In this document: positions 30,253 to 39,635 of the stretch, one piece after another
Layout of the letters: each line of letters starts with the position of its first letter
Position numbering within the stretch: the stretch's first letter is position 1
NCBI GenBank assembly: GCA_041695225.1
Contig: JBGFRI010000014.1
Span: forward strand, 64,001 to 128,000
From: Deinococcota bacterium
GTDB taxonomy: Bacteria; Deinococcota; Deinococci; Deinococcales; Thermaceae
Direction: 5' to 3'
DNA length: 64,000 nucleotides
Made by a program: the position numbers and the translations under genes
Notes under the pieces: model-generated
The model's database searches: none
Seen by the model: only the letters and a program-made list of their open reading frames with translations
What the model was told of the DNA's origin: nothing

Positions 30253-32970
30253 TCAAAAACGAGGCAAGATCAGGTTGAAGTATAGCCTGGGGGCTGGCTC
30301 ACCGATGCCTTGCGCCACTCCTATGGCGGCGCTCGAGCCTGGTACCAGATAAAGAAGGGTTAGCCCTAAGCGCAGCTCGGCCCCAACAGCAAACCGCACC
30401 TGAGTCATGTCAAGGGGAGAACCTGCTGCCCCTGCATCTAAGAACAGCGAGAGGCCCAGGTCGTCGAAGAAAAGTGGCCAGTTACCCAGTCCTCGCTCGA
30501 TGCTCCAGGGGGGCGGGCGGTACTCCAGCGACCCCACCAGGGCCTGCTGCCCCCGCAACTGACCCGGCCCATAACCGCGCACGGCCAGCACCGGCTTGCT
30601 GCCGACCACCAGCGGAACTGAGCCCAGGTCAAAACCATCGAAAGCCAGCCTCGAGGTGGTAAATGCGCCCCCTACGCGCACTCCCACCAGATGCGAAGCC
30701 TCCAGCGGCAAGCGAAACTGGAGACCCAGGGCACCTAGCACGCTGTAGTGCCAGTCGGCACTGCCCTCGCGCACAAAGGCAGTGCCCAGAAGGCTCACGC
30801 TGCTGCGTGCGCGAAACAGGTCGCTAACGCGGGTGTCCACCGAGCCCAGCCGGGCCGAGAAAGAGTGGGTAACCGTGTTTTGCAGGGGGTTGAGGGCCGG
30901 CTCGAGCGCGTCCGTTCGCACATACTGCAACCCCAGGCTGCCCTGCGGCGACCAGAACGATGTACCGATGCCCTGGGCGTTGTTCGGGCCCGCTCCCACC
31001 GCCTGCAGCACAATTGGAAAACCGAGGCCAGCATACCGATAAGCTAGGTTATAAAAAACCCCCCGGAAATTGCTGTCGACCCCCAGCCCCACCGAGTAGG
31101 CATGTATGCCAACCGGGTCGGAGGCCCCAAAAGAAACCCCCAGCACCCCACCCAGGCCCCTGCCATCTACCCCGATGCTGGCTACCGGCAGCCAGTATAA
31201 CGGGCGCAGGTAGTACCAGGGGTTGTAGGGCTCGCCTCTGGCAGCTTCGAATGGTTGAAATTCGGGGCGGGGCTGGCGCTTTAGCTCGACCCTTTGCCAG
31301 GTGCTGGGATCGAAGGGAATCTGGTAAAGGTTATAACCGGTTTCTCCATAACCAGTGAAGATGATGTGCTGCCGGCTGTGGGCGATGGTGGGCATAAAAG
31401 CTCCGGTCAGCAGGTTGGTCACCTGGAATACCGCGCCATCTTCCAGGCGAAAGGCATACAGGTTGTAGACCCGGTTGGGGTCGGAGCTGTAAATGACATA
31501 GCGCCCATCCGGGCTGAAGACCGGGTCGGCGTCTACGTTTGTGTCTTGCGTGAGTGGGGTTAGGGCCCCGGTCTGTAGCACGTAGTGGTAGAGGTCCTGA
31601 AACCCCCCACGCCGCAATAGCGACAATATGAGTGAGTTGCCATCTGGCGCTACCGCAAATGAGTGAACTACTCCGTCCTGGTTAGGAAACCTGCGTAGCG
31701 GCTGGATGCGGTCTAACTCAATAAAATAGCGGGCCAGCTCGGTGGAGCCATCGGGTGTGTTTTTTGCCAGGAAGATGCTTTGCCCATCGGGTGCGTAGCG
31801 GGCGAAATAGACCCGTTCACCATCGGTCAGCCGCCTCACCCTGCCATCCAAGCGGTCGAACTGGTAAAGGTCGCTGCTCACGAAGTGCTGGCTGGTAGTG
31901 CGGCTGGCGGTGAATAGTAGGTGGCGCCCATCCGGCGACCACTGTGGGTGCTGGGCCGGGCCGCTCAGCAGCTCGCCCTCTCGCCCGCCTGCAATAATGC
32001 GCAAGCCCCGGCGCAAAGGCGAAGCATGGGCATACACGATGCCATTGGCCGAGTCGGTGGCCCCGTCACTAAAAAACCCCAGGTGGCTAAGTCTGGTAGC
32101 GGGGGTCAGACCTCTGGCCTTGATTCTCGCTATTTCTTCCTGAAACTGGCTGGGAAGCCAGCGCACAAAATCGGCGTAAATCTGATCGAGTGAGACCCCG
32201 AAAGCTCTTAGAAAAGGCTGGTTGAAGTCTTTGATGGCCAGCATACCGGCATTGGTTTCGGTGAAGCGCTGGTAGGCATCCTGGCCAAAGCGCACCTCCA
32301 GATACTTCACCAGCCAGGCGCTGTAGTTGTATAGCAGAAAGCCCAGGTATGGCCAGCCTGTCCGGCTGTAGGCCTGGCGAATTTCATCCAGGCTAGGAAA
32401 GCGGTTCGCAAGCGTCATCTGACGCAATGACATGCGGGTGCGGGAGTCGTTCAGGCGCGACTCCCCCAGCATGCTGTACTTCAGGTAGAGCACGGTGCCC
32501 TCTACAAAAGGAAAGGGCTTGATGGCGTTTTGTGGGGGTAGCTGCCCGAAGATGCGGGTGCGGTCTCTGAGCGGGCCTCGGGTCTGCGATAAATCGAAGA
32601 TGTGGGCTATCTCGTGGAAGATAATCATCTCCCACCAGGAGGAAAGCCGGGGATTGAAAAAATCCGAGCTGCGAAACTGCCCAGTATAAATCCCCACCAC
32701 GTTGTTGACAACATTGGCAAAGCCATTGAGTATCTCGCCGTGATCCGAGAGCACAATGCTGATCCGCCCTGGCGGCTCTTCGAACTCGGTTTTGAGCAGC
32801 CGGTAGGCATTTTCGGCATGGATGGCGGCCTCGCTGGCCACACGCTCGAGGCCCGCGTGGTAATGAATATCAAAATGCTCGGTACGCAGGGTAAACCACT
32901 GCCGGGTGGGGTCGAACTGGGCCAGTGCTAACGAGCTGAGCAGAAGAACAAACACCAAGAGCCGCAACAT
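30253..32970 (-). CDS. Secreted/outer-membrane protein: HEXXH metallopeptidase-like domain + TolB/PD40 beta-propeller + Omp85-like C-terminal barrel
   Basis: Signal peptide; FHEIAH then FVEG; repeated WSPDG/YAPDG/FSPDG; VRGY motif, SLEYRPP, FLDAG, terminal Phe. Confidence 0.8.
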   Translation of the reverse strand: MLRLLVFVLLLSSLALAQFDPTRQWFTLRTEHFDIHYHAGLERVASEAAIHAENAYRLLKTEFEEPPGRISIVLSDHGEILNGFANVVNNVVGIYTGQFRSSDFFNPRLSSWWEMIIFHEIAHIFDLSQTRGPLRDRTRIFGQLPPQNAIKPFPFVEGTVLYLKYSMLGESRLNDSRTRMSLRQMTLANRFPSLDEIRQAYSRTGWPYLGFLLYNYSAWLVKYLEVRFGQDAYQRFTETNAGMLAIKDFNQPFLRAFGVSLDQIYADFVRWLPSQFQEEIARIKARGLTPATRLSHLGFFSDGATDSANGIVYAHASPLRRGLRIIAGGREGELLSGPAQHPQWSPDGRHLLFTASRTTSQHFVSSDLYQFDRLDGRVRRLTDGERVYFARYAPDGQSIFLAKNTPDGSTELARYFIELDRIQPLRRFPNQDGVVHSFAVAPDGNSLILSLLRRGGFQDLYHYVLQTGALTPLTQDTNVDADPVFSPDGRYVIYSSDPNRVYNLYAFRLEDGAVFQVTNLLTGAFMPTIAHSRQHIIFTGYGETGYNLYQIPFDPSTWQRVELKRQPRPEFQPFEAARGEPYNPWYYLRPLYWLPVASIGVDGRGLGGVLGVSFGASDPVGIHAYSVGLGVDSNFRGVFYNLAYRYAGLGFPIVLQAVGAGPNNAQGIGTSFWSPQGSLGLQYVRTDALEPALNPLQNTVTHSFSARLGSVDTRVSDLFRARSSVSLLGTAFVREGSADWHYSVLGALGLQFRLPLEASHLVGVRVGGAFTTSRLAFDGFDLGSVPLVVGSKPVLAVRGYGPGQLRGQQALVGSLEYRPPPWSIERGLGNWPLFFDDLGLSLFLDAGAAGSPLDMTQVRFAVGAELRLGLTLLYLVPGSSAAIGVAQGIGEPAPRLYFNLILPRF

Positions 32971-33087
32971 TGGGCCCAGTATAGATTAAGTGATGGAGTG
33001 GCCGAGGATGGAAGTTTAAAGGCAACGCAGATGAAAGGCAGTGTGGTCAGGTGGGGGCAGTGCGGTTGATTATCCGGCCGACAAGCC

Positions 33088-33110
33088 AAAAACCCTCCCC
33101 TAAGGGAGGG
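33088..33110 (-). terminator. Intrinsic terminator after htrA
   Basis: Minus strand CCCTCCC-TTAG-GGGAGGG-TTTTT. Confidence 0.8.
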
Positions 33111-33131
33111 CATAAACTTTTACCGCCTGGC

Positions 33132-34373
33132 TTAGCGAATCACCTGTGGAACCACCCGCACCTCGCGGATCTGACCATCCCGCCAGACCCTGAGGCTCAC
33201 GGCCTCGCCGGGTCGCTTGGCGAGCAGCACTGCGCGCAAGTCGTTGATGTTGGTGATGGGGTTGCCATCGGCCTCGAGAAGAATGTCGCCATTGACTCCT
33301 AGCTCGATCACCTGACCGGCGCGGGTCTGTAGCTGCAACATGCGGGTTGCCGCCCGCAGGCCAGCCCGCTCTGCGGGGCTACCCCGCTCGACCTGTTGAA
33401 TCATCAGGCCGGTATCGGGCAGCCTGTGCTCGCGACGAATACTGGCGGGGTACTCAGCCATCGAGAGCACCGAGAGCATCACCCCCAGGCGGGGTCTGGC
33501 CCGCACGATCTCTTCGGCGGTGATATCACGGCCAGCGCGGAGGTCGTTGAGGTACTGCCTGGCCAGGTTAATCGGGATGGCAAAGCCAATCCCTGCCGAC
33601 TGGGCCTGCCCTCCAAACATGCCGGTGGTGCTGTAGATAAAGGTGTTGATCCCTATCACCTCGCCACGTGAGTTAAGCAGCGGTCCCCCAGAGTTGCCGG
33701 GGTTGATGGCGGCATCGGTCTGAATCACCGTAGGGACAAAGGCCCCGACCCCGCGAACACCATCGAGGGGGTTGCGGCGGATAGCCGATACGATACCCTC
33801 GGTCACGGAAAACTCGAGGCCGAAAGGGTTGCCCACCGCAATGGCTTTCTGGCCTACCCGCACCTGATCCGAATCGCCCAGTCGCATGGGGCGCAACCTC
33901 TCCCGCGGGGCCTGTACCCGGATCAGGGCTATGTCCAGCGGTTCGGCGCGACCAATTACCCGGGCAGGATAACTGCGGGGGTCGTTATGGAAGCGTACCG
34001 AGATCTGGTCGGCGCCTGCTATCACGTGGTAGTTGGTCAGAATCAGGCCATCCTGATCGATCACGAAACCAGAACCCGTGCCGTCTCGGGGCTGGGGCTG
34101 CAGAAAAGGCCCAAAGAACCCGAAGTCGCGCACAGCCGGCGGGGTAGCGCGGACTGCTACAAACACCACCCCGTCGGCCGTACGCTGAACAACCTCGATG
34201 GTATTGCGTTCATTTTCCAGAAATGCTCGACTCTGATCAAAGGTCTGGGCCTGCGTGGTGGTTGGGTTCTGAGCCTGGGCCTGGGTCTGGCTCTTGCTCA
34301 GGTTAAGCCAGGCCACACCGCCCCCGACTATCAAAACCAGTCCAAGGGCAAGGGTTGCTGTTCTCACGGACAT
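33132..34373 (-). CDS. htrA: HtrA/DegP-type S1C serine protease with PDZ domain
   Basis: GTGSGF, LTNYHV, DIAL, QTDAAINPGNSGGPL, PDZ. Confidence 0.95.
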   Translation of the reverse strand: MSVRTATLALGLVLIVGGGVAWLNLSKSQTQAQAQNPTTTQAQTFDQSRAFLENERNTIEVVQRTADGVVFVAVRATPPAVRDFGFFGPFLQPQPRDGTGSGFVIDQDGLILTNYHVIAGADQISVRFHNDPRSYPARVIGRAEPLDIALIRVQAPRERLRPMRLGDSDQVRVGQKAIAVGNPFGLEFSVTEGIVSAIRRNPLDGVRGVGAFVPTVIQTDAAINPGNSGGPLLNSRGEVIGINTFIYSTTGMFGGQAQSAGIGFAIPINLARQYLNDLRAGRDITAEEIVRARPRLGVMLSVLSMAEYPASIRREHRLPDTGLMIQQVERGSPAERAGLRAATRMLQLQTRAGQVIELGVNGDILLEADGNPITNINDLRAVLLAKRPGEAVSLRVWRDGQIREVRVVPQVIR

Positions 34374-34572
34374 CTCAAAAGCCTCCTAGACCAGAGTAAT
34401 AAACGACGGTGAAGACGGCATGAACGCAGATTATGAGGCCGGTCGCTGAAACACCGCGGCCTTGTTGCCATAGACGTTAGTTTAGTCTTCCTGCCGACGC
34501 CGTATTGCACTGGCCGGCGCGCTATTCTAGATCGCGCCCAAGATGCGCCTCGGCCGCTCCGTCACCCTATCC

Positions 34573-34653
34573 GAAGGTCGCAGGTCAAAAAATGTCGCAG
34601 GTCGCAAGACAAAAAGCTTGTGACCTGAGACTTGTGACCTGAGACTTGTGACA
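34573..34653. repeat. Heptamer inverted repeat cluster
   Basis: (AGGTCGC)n...(GACTTGT GACCTGA)n. Confidence 0.85.
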
Positions 34654-34733
34654 TTCTCTTCTACACGGTATGGGTAGTGGGCAGGACAGTCTGCCCGGCC
34701 AACTGCGGCTATGCTGGAGGGCAGGACGGTTTT

Positions 34734-37028
34734 ATGCAGCGCTACACCGCACCCCCCACCCCGCAGTATGCCCTCGAGTCTGGCCCGATTCTGCTCAGGG
34801 ATGGTCGCACTGCTATCCTGCGCCCCGCCAGGCCCGAAGACCGCGAGCTTTTTGTGGAGTTTGTTAGCCGGCTATCGCCCCAGGCCCGCACTTTCAGGTT
34901 TTTCTCCGAGGTTAGACCCGAGACCGCCGCCGACCTGTTGCTCAGAAAGCCCGAGGGAGAGGACAAAGTGACCCTGGTGGTGCTTTCCGGCGACCCCGAG
35001 CGAATTATCGCTACCGGGGAGTATGTGCAAGAGGGCAAGGGCGCCACCTCGGCCGAGGTTGCCTTTCTGGTAGACGACTGGTATCAGGGAAAGGGCCTGG
35101 GCTCGCTGCTGCTCGAGCGGCTGGCCCTGATTGGGGTGCAGCGCGGTATCCGGCGCTTCCATGCCTTTGCCCTGGCCGATAACAAGCAGATGCTGGACGT
35201 TTTCCGGGCCAGCGGTTACAAGGTGGAGTCACATACCGAGTCCGGCGAGGTTGAGGTGAGCTTTGAAATTGAACCCAGCCCGGAGATGGTGGCCAGGTTT
35301 GAGCTGCGCGAACGGGTCTCTACCGTGGCCTCGCTGCTGCCGGTGCTGCGCCCCAGGGGGGTAGCGGTGGTGGGCGCCTCGCGTGACCCTAAGAGCGTGG
35401 GCTACCTGGTTCTGGAGAACCTGGTTTTGAACCGGTTTCAAGGGCCGGTTTACCCGGTCAACCCTGCTGCGACCCCGGCTGCGGGCGAGGTTCCGGTGGT
35501 CGGCTCGATGCTGGCCTACACCTCGGTCAAGGCGGTGCCGGGGCCCATTGACCTGGCTGTGATCACCACCCCCAAAGACAAAGTACTCGAGGCTGCCGAA
35601 GCCTGCGGGCAGCGCGGGGTTAGAGCCCTGATGGTAATCACCACCGACATGGAGCCTCAGCAGATCAAAAGCCTGGTAGAAACCTGCCGCCACTACGGTA
35701 TGCGGCTGGTGGGGCCAGGCTCGCTGGCCCTAATCTCCACCAACCCCGAGGTGCAGCTTTGTGCAGGCATGAACAGCAGACTTCCCATCCGTGGGCGGAT
35801 TGCCATGTCGAGCCAGAGCGGCGCAGTGGGGCAGGCAGTGCTGGGCTACGCGCGAGAGATGGGGCTGGGGTTTTCCAGTTTTGTCTCGCTGGGGGCCAAG
35901 GTAGACCTCTCCTCCAACGACCTAATCCAGTACTGGGAAGAAGACCCCGAGACCGGCCTGATTCTGCTCTACCTCGAGTCCTTTGGCAACCCCCGGCGGT
36001 TTGCCCGGCTGGCCAGGCGGGTAGGGCGCAAAAAACCCATTCTGGCCGTACGGCCCGGGCGTGATGCCGTGGTGGAGGCCCTCTTCAAGCAGGCCGGGGT
36101 GGTGCGGGCCGAGAACCTCGAGGAAATGTTTGACATTGCTGCCTTGCTGGCCCACCAGCCACTGCCCCAGGGCCCCAGGGTGGCTCTACTGACCAACGCT
36201 TCGGGCCCGGCACACCTGGCTATGGCGGCCCTCAAGTCCGAAGGCCCGGTGGCCGAGGTGCGCGACCTGGGCACCCGGGCCTCGGCCGAGGAGTACCTAG
36301 AGTGCGCTAAAGAGCTGCTATCCAGCAACTGCAACGCTCTCCTGGCGCTTTTTGTACCCCTGGGCTACGCAACGGTGGACGAGGTAACCGAGGCCCTGCG
36401 GGCTGCCCTGGAAGAAGCCCGCGCCAATGGAGTGAGCATTCCGGTGCTAACCTGCTTCATGACCGCCGGCCGGCCCCGGGTGCAGCTTGGGGCGGAGTGG
36501 GTGCCCTCGTACCGCTTTCCCGAGTCGGCCGGACGGGCGCTGGCAGCGGCTTATGCTTATGCCAGGTGGCGCAAGACGCCGCTTGGCGAGATTCCCGATC
36601 ATGGCGTACAAGAAGACGAAGCCCGGGCGCTGGTTACAGCAGCCAGAGGTGTTTTGCCTGACGACCAGACTGCCCAACTGCTAGGCTATTTTGGCCTGAA
36701 AATGGCCGCTGCTAGCGAGGGTATCGCCCTGGCCCTGCGGGTCAAGAACGACCCCCTGTTTGGCCCGGTGCTAAACCTGGCTCTGACCGGACTACCCCTG
36801 GGCGAACAGCTTCTGGCGGTCCGCATAACCCCTCTTACCGACCACGAAGCCCTGCAGATGCTGGCGCCGCTGTCCGGCAAAGCCCACCTGGAAAGCCTGC
36901 AAGACCTGTTGCTGCGGGTCTCGAGGCTGGTGGAAGAGCTGCCCGAGGTAACGGGCCTCGAGCTCTGCCTGTTAGCCGCCGAGCAACACACCACCATTAC
37001 TGCGGGCCGGGTGGTCTTGCGGGAGTAG
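34734..37028 (+). CDS. GNAT + CoA-binding/acyl-CoA synthetase (NDP-forming)-like fusion; Pat-type protein acetyltransferase
   Basis: AEVAFLVDDWYQGKGLG, VAVVGASRD, SQSGAVG, YLESFGNP. Confidence 0.88.
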   Translation: MQRYTAPPTPQYALESGPILLRDGRTAILRPARPEDRELFVEFVSRLSPQARTFRFFSEVRPETAADLLLRKPEGEDKVTLVVLSGDPERIIATGEYVQEGKGATSAEVAFLVDDWYQGKGLGSLLLERLALIGVQRGIRRFHAFALADNKQMLDVFRASGYKVESHTESGEVEVSFEIEPSPEMVARFELRERVSTVASLLPVLRPRGVAVVGASRDPKSVGYLVLENLVLNRFQGPVYPVNPAATPAAGEVPVVGSMLAYTSVKAVPGPIDLAVITTPKDKVLEAAEACGQRGVRALMVITTDMEPQQIKSLVETCRHYGMRLVGPGSLALISTNPEVQLCAGMNSRLPIRGRIAMSSQSGAVGQAVLGYAREMGLGFSSFVSLGAKVDLSSNDLIQYWEEDPETGLILLYLESFGNPRRFARLARRVGRKKPILAVRPGRDAVVEALFKQAGVVRAENLEEMFDIAALLAHQPLPQGPRVALLTNASGPAHLAMAALKSEGPVAEVRDLGTRASAEEYLECAKELLSSNCNALLALFVPLGYATVDEVTEALRAALEEARANGVSIPVLTCFMTAGRPRVQLGAEWVPSYRFPESAGRALAAAYAYARWRKTPLGEIPDHGVQEDEARALVTAARGVLPDDQTAQLLGYFGLKMAAASEGIALALRVKNDPLFGPVLNLALTGLPLGEQLLAVRITPLTDHEALQMLAPLSGKAHLESLQDLLLRVSRLVEELPEVTGLELCLLAAEQHTTITAGRVVLRE

Positions 37029-37210
37029 AGCTGTTTGTGATCTGGATTTGCCAGAAATAGAGTGGGTTCTATCCTGTTGTACTTTGCATGCCGGAGCGGG
37101 GCCGGCTATCCCCCCCCCCTCGCCAAGCCGAGGAGAGATTACGCAAATGTTCTACTACCATAGGTCCAACCCAGACGTAATCTGGAACTGGCTGTTGTAG
37201 TAGCGGCCCC

Positions 37211-37267
37211 GGCCTAAAAGGGTTGTACGGCGCGCCCTGGGTAGAAATCGGGTTAGCCCTTTTGGCC
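37211..37267 (+). ncRNA. Candidate monovalent-cation riboswitch (DUF1646/Na+ or nhaA-I-like) upstream of the mnh operon
   Basis: Closing stem GGCC(T)AAAAGGG / CCCTTTTGGCC enclosing GGTTG...ATCGGGTTAGCC; 85 nt upstream of mnhE. Confidence 0.55.
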
Positions 37268-37351
37268 TGAATCTCGGTAAATTGGTGCAGTGTGGGAGAG
37301 TGGCTCTGGCCTAAAGACCTGGTTACTGCGGTAACGTATGGAGGATGATTC

Positions 37352-37852
37352 TTGCGTAAAGACCAGGTTGCGGGGGTTCTGGTAAGGCTGGGCCTGTTTG
37401 GCCTGCTCTGGCTGGTCATAACCGAGGGCAGGCCGGGTTCGTGGGCGGTTGGGCTGGTCTTTGTGGTCGCAGCCACCTGGCTTAGCCTGGCCCTGCACCA
37501 GCCGCCGGGGTGGCGGCTGCGGCCCCTGGGCCTGCTGCGCTTTGTCCCTTACTTTGCCTGGTACTCCCTGCGAGGAGGGGTAGACGTGGCCTGGAGGGCC
37601 CTGCACCCCCGGATGCCGCTAAACCCCGGCTTGCTAGAGTATCAATTGCGGCTTCCAACCCCGGCTGCCAGGGTTTTTCTGGCCGGTGTGCTGAGCTTGC
37701 TACCCGGCACCCTTGGCGCCAGGATCGAGGGCCCCCGATTAATCGTACATGCCCTTGACCTGGAGCAGAACCTGCCAGAGGCCCTGGCCGAGCTCGAGGT
37801 TCGTGTAGCCGATTTGTTTGACCTGAGGCTGACTGGAGGTAAGGATGACTGA
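37352..37852 (+). CDS. mnhE: Mrp/Mnh Na+/H+ antiporter subunit E
   Basis: SLRGGVDVA, SLLPGTL, LIVHALD; GGAGG RBS. Confidence 0.9.
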   Translation: MRKDQVAGVLVRLGLFGLLWLVITEGRPGSWAVGLVFVVAATWLSLALHQPPGWRLRPLGLLRFVPYFAWYSLRGGVDVAWRALHPRMPLNPGLLEYQLRLPTPAARVFLAGVLSLLPGTLGARIEGPRLIVHALDLEQNLPEALAELEVRVADLFDLRLTGGKDD

Positions 37853-38102
37853 CTGGTATCTGGGGCTAGCTGGGTTTTTGTTGCTTAACCTGGGGCTTGG
37901 CCTGGTGCGGGTACTGCGGGGGCCAACCCCGGCAGACCGGATGGTGGCGGCCCAGCTCTTTGGCACTACCGGGGTAGCGGCCATTCTGCTGCTGGGCCAG
38001 GGTATGCAGGAGCGTGCCCTGGTAGATCTGGCCCTGCTGCTCTCGGTCCTGGCAGCGGTAACTGGGGTTGCTTTTACCCGGCTTTACCGGAGAGTCCAGT
38101 GA
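37845..38102 (+). CDS. mnhF: Mrp/Mnh antiporter subunit F
   Basis: RVLRGPTPADRMVA. Confidence 0.9.
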   Translation: MTDWYLGLAGFLLLNLGLGLVRVLRGPTPADRMVAAQLFGTTGVAAILLLGQGMQERALVDLALLLSVLAAVTGVAFTRLYRRVQ

Positions 38103-38389
38103 GCCTGGAGCTGGCCCTGATCCTGCTGGGTATGCCGTTTTTTCTGGCAGGGACGGTGGGCTTGCTGCGCTTTCCCGACCTGCTTTCCCGCGAGCACGCC
38201 GTCACCAAGGCCGATAACCTGGGGCTGGGCCTGGTGGTGCTGGGCCTGATGCTGGGGGCCGAGTCCGTACTGCTGGCGGTGAAACTGTTTCTGATCTGGA
38301 TTGCGGTGCTGGTGGCCAGCGCCACCGTGGCCCAGTTAATTGCCCACACCGTTATTGATGCTGGCAGTGAGACCGGCGGTGGCTCCTGA
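38099..38389 (+). CDS. mnhG: Mrp/Mnh antiporter subunit G
   Basis: GLLRFPDLLSREHAVTKADNLG. Confidence 0.9.
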   Translation: MSLELALILLGMPFFLAGTVGLLRFPDLLSREHAVTKADNLGLGLVVLGLMLGAESVLLAVKLFLIWIAVLVASATVAQLIAHTVIDAGSETGGGS

Positions 38390-39333
38390 TGGACTGGGTG
38401 CTTGAGGCCTCAGCCCTCTCACTCTTTGGTCCTATGGGCCTGGCCCTGGATCTGCTACTGGCTGCTGGACTGCTCTGGCTGGCCTGGCGGGTTTTGTATA
38501 GCCCCGACCTTTTCTTGTCGGTGGTGCTCTTCATCAGCTTTGGGCTACTGGTCTCGCTGGCCTATCTCCGGCTTAGAGCGCCCGACGTGGCCATGGCCGA
38601 GGCCGCCATTGGGGCCGCGCTGACCGGTACCCTGCTGCTATATACCCTTAGACATATGGGGGTTCCAATAGAGCCACCCAGACTCGCCCAGCACCGGCTG
38701 CTAACCGGGCTGGCGCTGCTGATGAGCGCAGGGCTGGGCTGGGCTATACTGACTATGCCGGGTTTTAGCGACGGGCTGGTTGTCCAGGTTACCCAGCACC
38801 TCCCCCAGAGCGGGGTTGAACACCCGGTCACCGCGGTGCTGCTCAACTTCCGCGCCTATGACACCATGCTCGAGGTGGCGGTGCTGCTTCTGGCGCTGGT
38901 GGGGGTCTGGGCCGTCAGCAGCACCGAGCTGCGCTTACCTGCCCCTTCGGCAGTGCTGCGCGGCATGGTGAGCGTGTTGCTGCCGCCTGGCCTGCTGGTC
39001 GGGGGGTACCTGCTCTGGGTGGGGGCTTACCAGCCTGGCGGGGCTTTCCAGGGCGGGGCGGTACTGGGTGGGCTGCTGGTCTTGCTCTTCCTGGCCGGCT
39101 GGCGCGCACTGGCCGCGGGCTGGCTACTGCGGCTGGCCCTGGGAGCGGGGCTGCTGGCTTTTCTGGCGGTGGGGGTGCTGGCCATGGCTGGGGGCAGTCT
39201 GCTTGAGTACAGGCTCGAGGCCGCCAAGAACCTGATCCTCTTCATCGAGTTTTTTGTGGCACTATCGGTGGCCGCCACCCTGGCTATGCTCCTGCTGGGG
39301 CGCCCAGGCAGTGCGGGAGAGCAGCAGCCATGA
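38389..39333 (+). CDS. mnhB: Mrp/Mnh subunit B fused to DUF4040 (MrpA C-terminal) region
   Basis: APDVAMAEAAIG, VTAVLLNFRAYDTMLE, PGGAFQGG. Confidence 0.88.
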   Translation: MDWVLEASALSLFGPMGLALDLLLAAGLLWLAWRVLYSPDLFLSVVLFISFGLLVSLAYLRLRAPDVAMAEAAIGAALTGTLLLYTLRHMGVPIEPPRLAQHRLLTGLALLMSAGLGWAILTMPGFSDGLVVQVTQHLPQSGVEHPVTAVLLNFRAYDTMLEVAVLLLALVGVWAVSSTELRLPAPSAVLRGMVSVLLPPGLLVGGYLLWVGAYQPGGAFQGGAVLGGLLVLLFLAGWRALAAGWLLRLALGAGLLAFLAVGVLAMAGGSLLEYRLEAAKNLILFIEFFVALSVAATLAMLLLGRPGSAGEQQP

Positions 39334-39635
39334 GTACGCTGGTCTTCTTACTGGTCGGGGTAGGGCTGGTGGTGATGAGCCTGCACGCCCTGTTTGTACA
39401 TACCCACCTGCTACGTCAGGTTCTGGCTATCAATGTCCTGGGTACCGGGGTTTTCATGGTCTTTATTGCCTGGGGTAGCCAGAGCCCAACCCCCCACGCC
39501 GACCCGGTGGCCCAGGCTCTGGTAATAACCGGGATTGTGGTTGCGGTAAGCGCAACCGCCCTGGCCCTGGCCCTGGCCCTGAGAATCAAACAGACCACTG
39601 GCCGGGCCACCCTGAGCGAGGAGACCGAGGAGTGA
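39330..39635 (+). CDS. mnhC: Mrp/Mnh antiporter subunit C
   Basis: DPVAQALVITGIVV. Confidence 0.9.
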   Translation: MSTLVFLLVGVGLVVMSLHALFVHTHLLRQVLAINVLGTGVFMVFIAWGSQSPTPHADPVAQALVITGIVVAVSATALALALALRIKQTTGRATLSEETEE

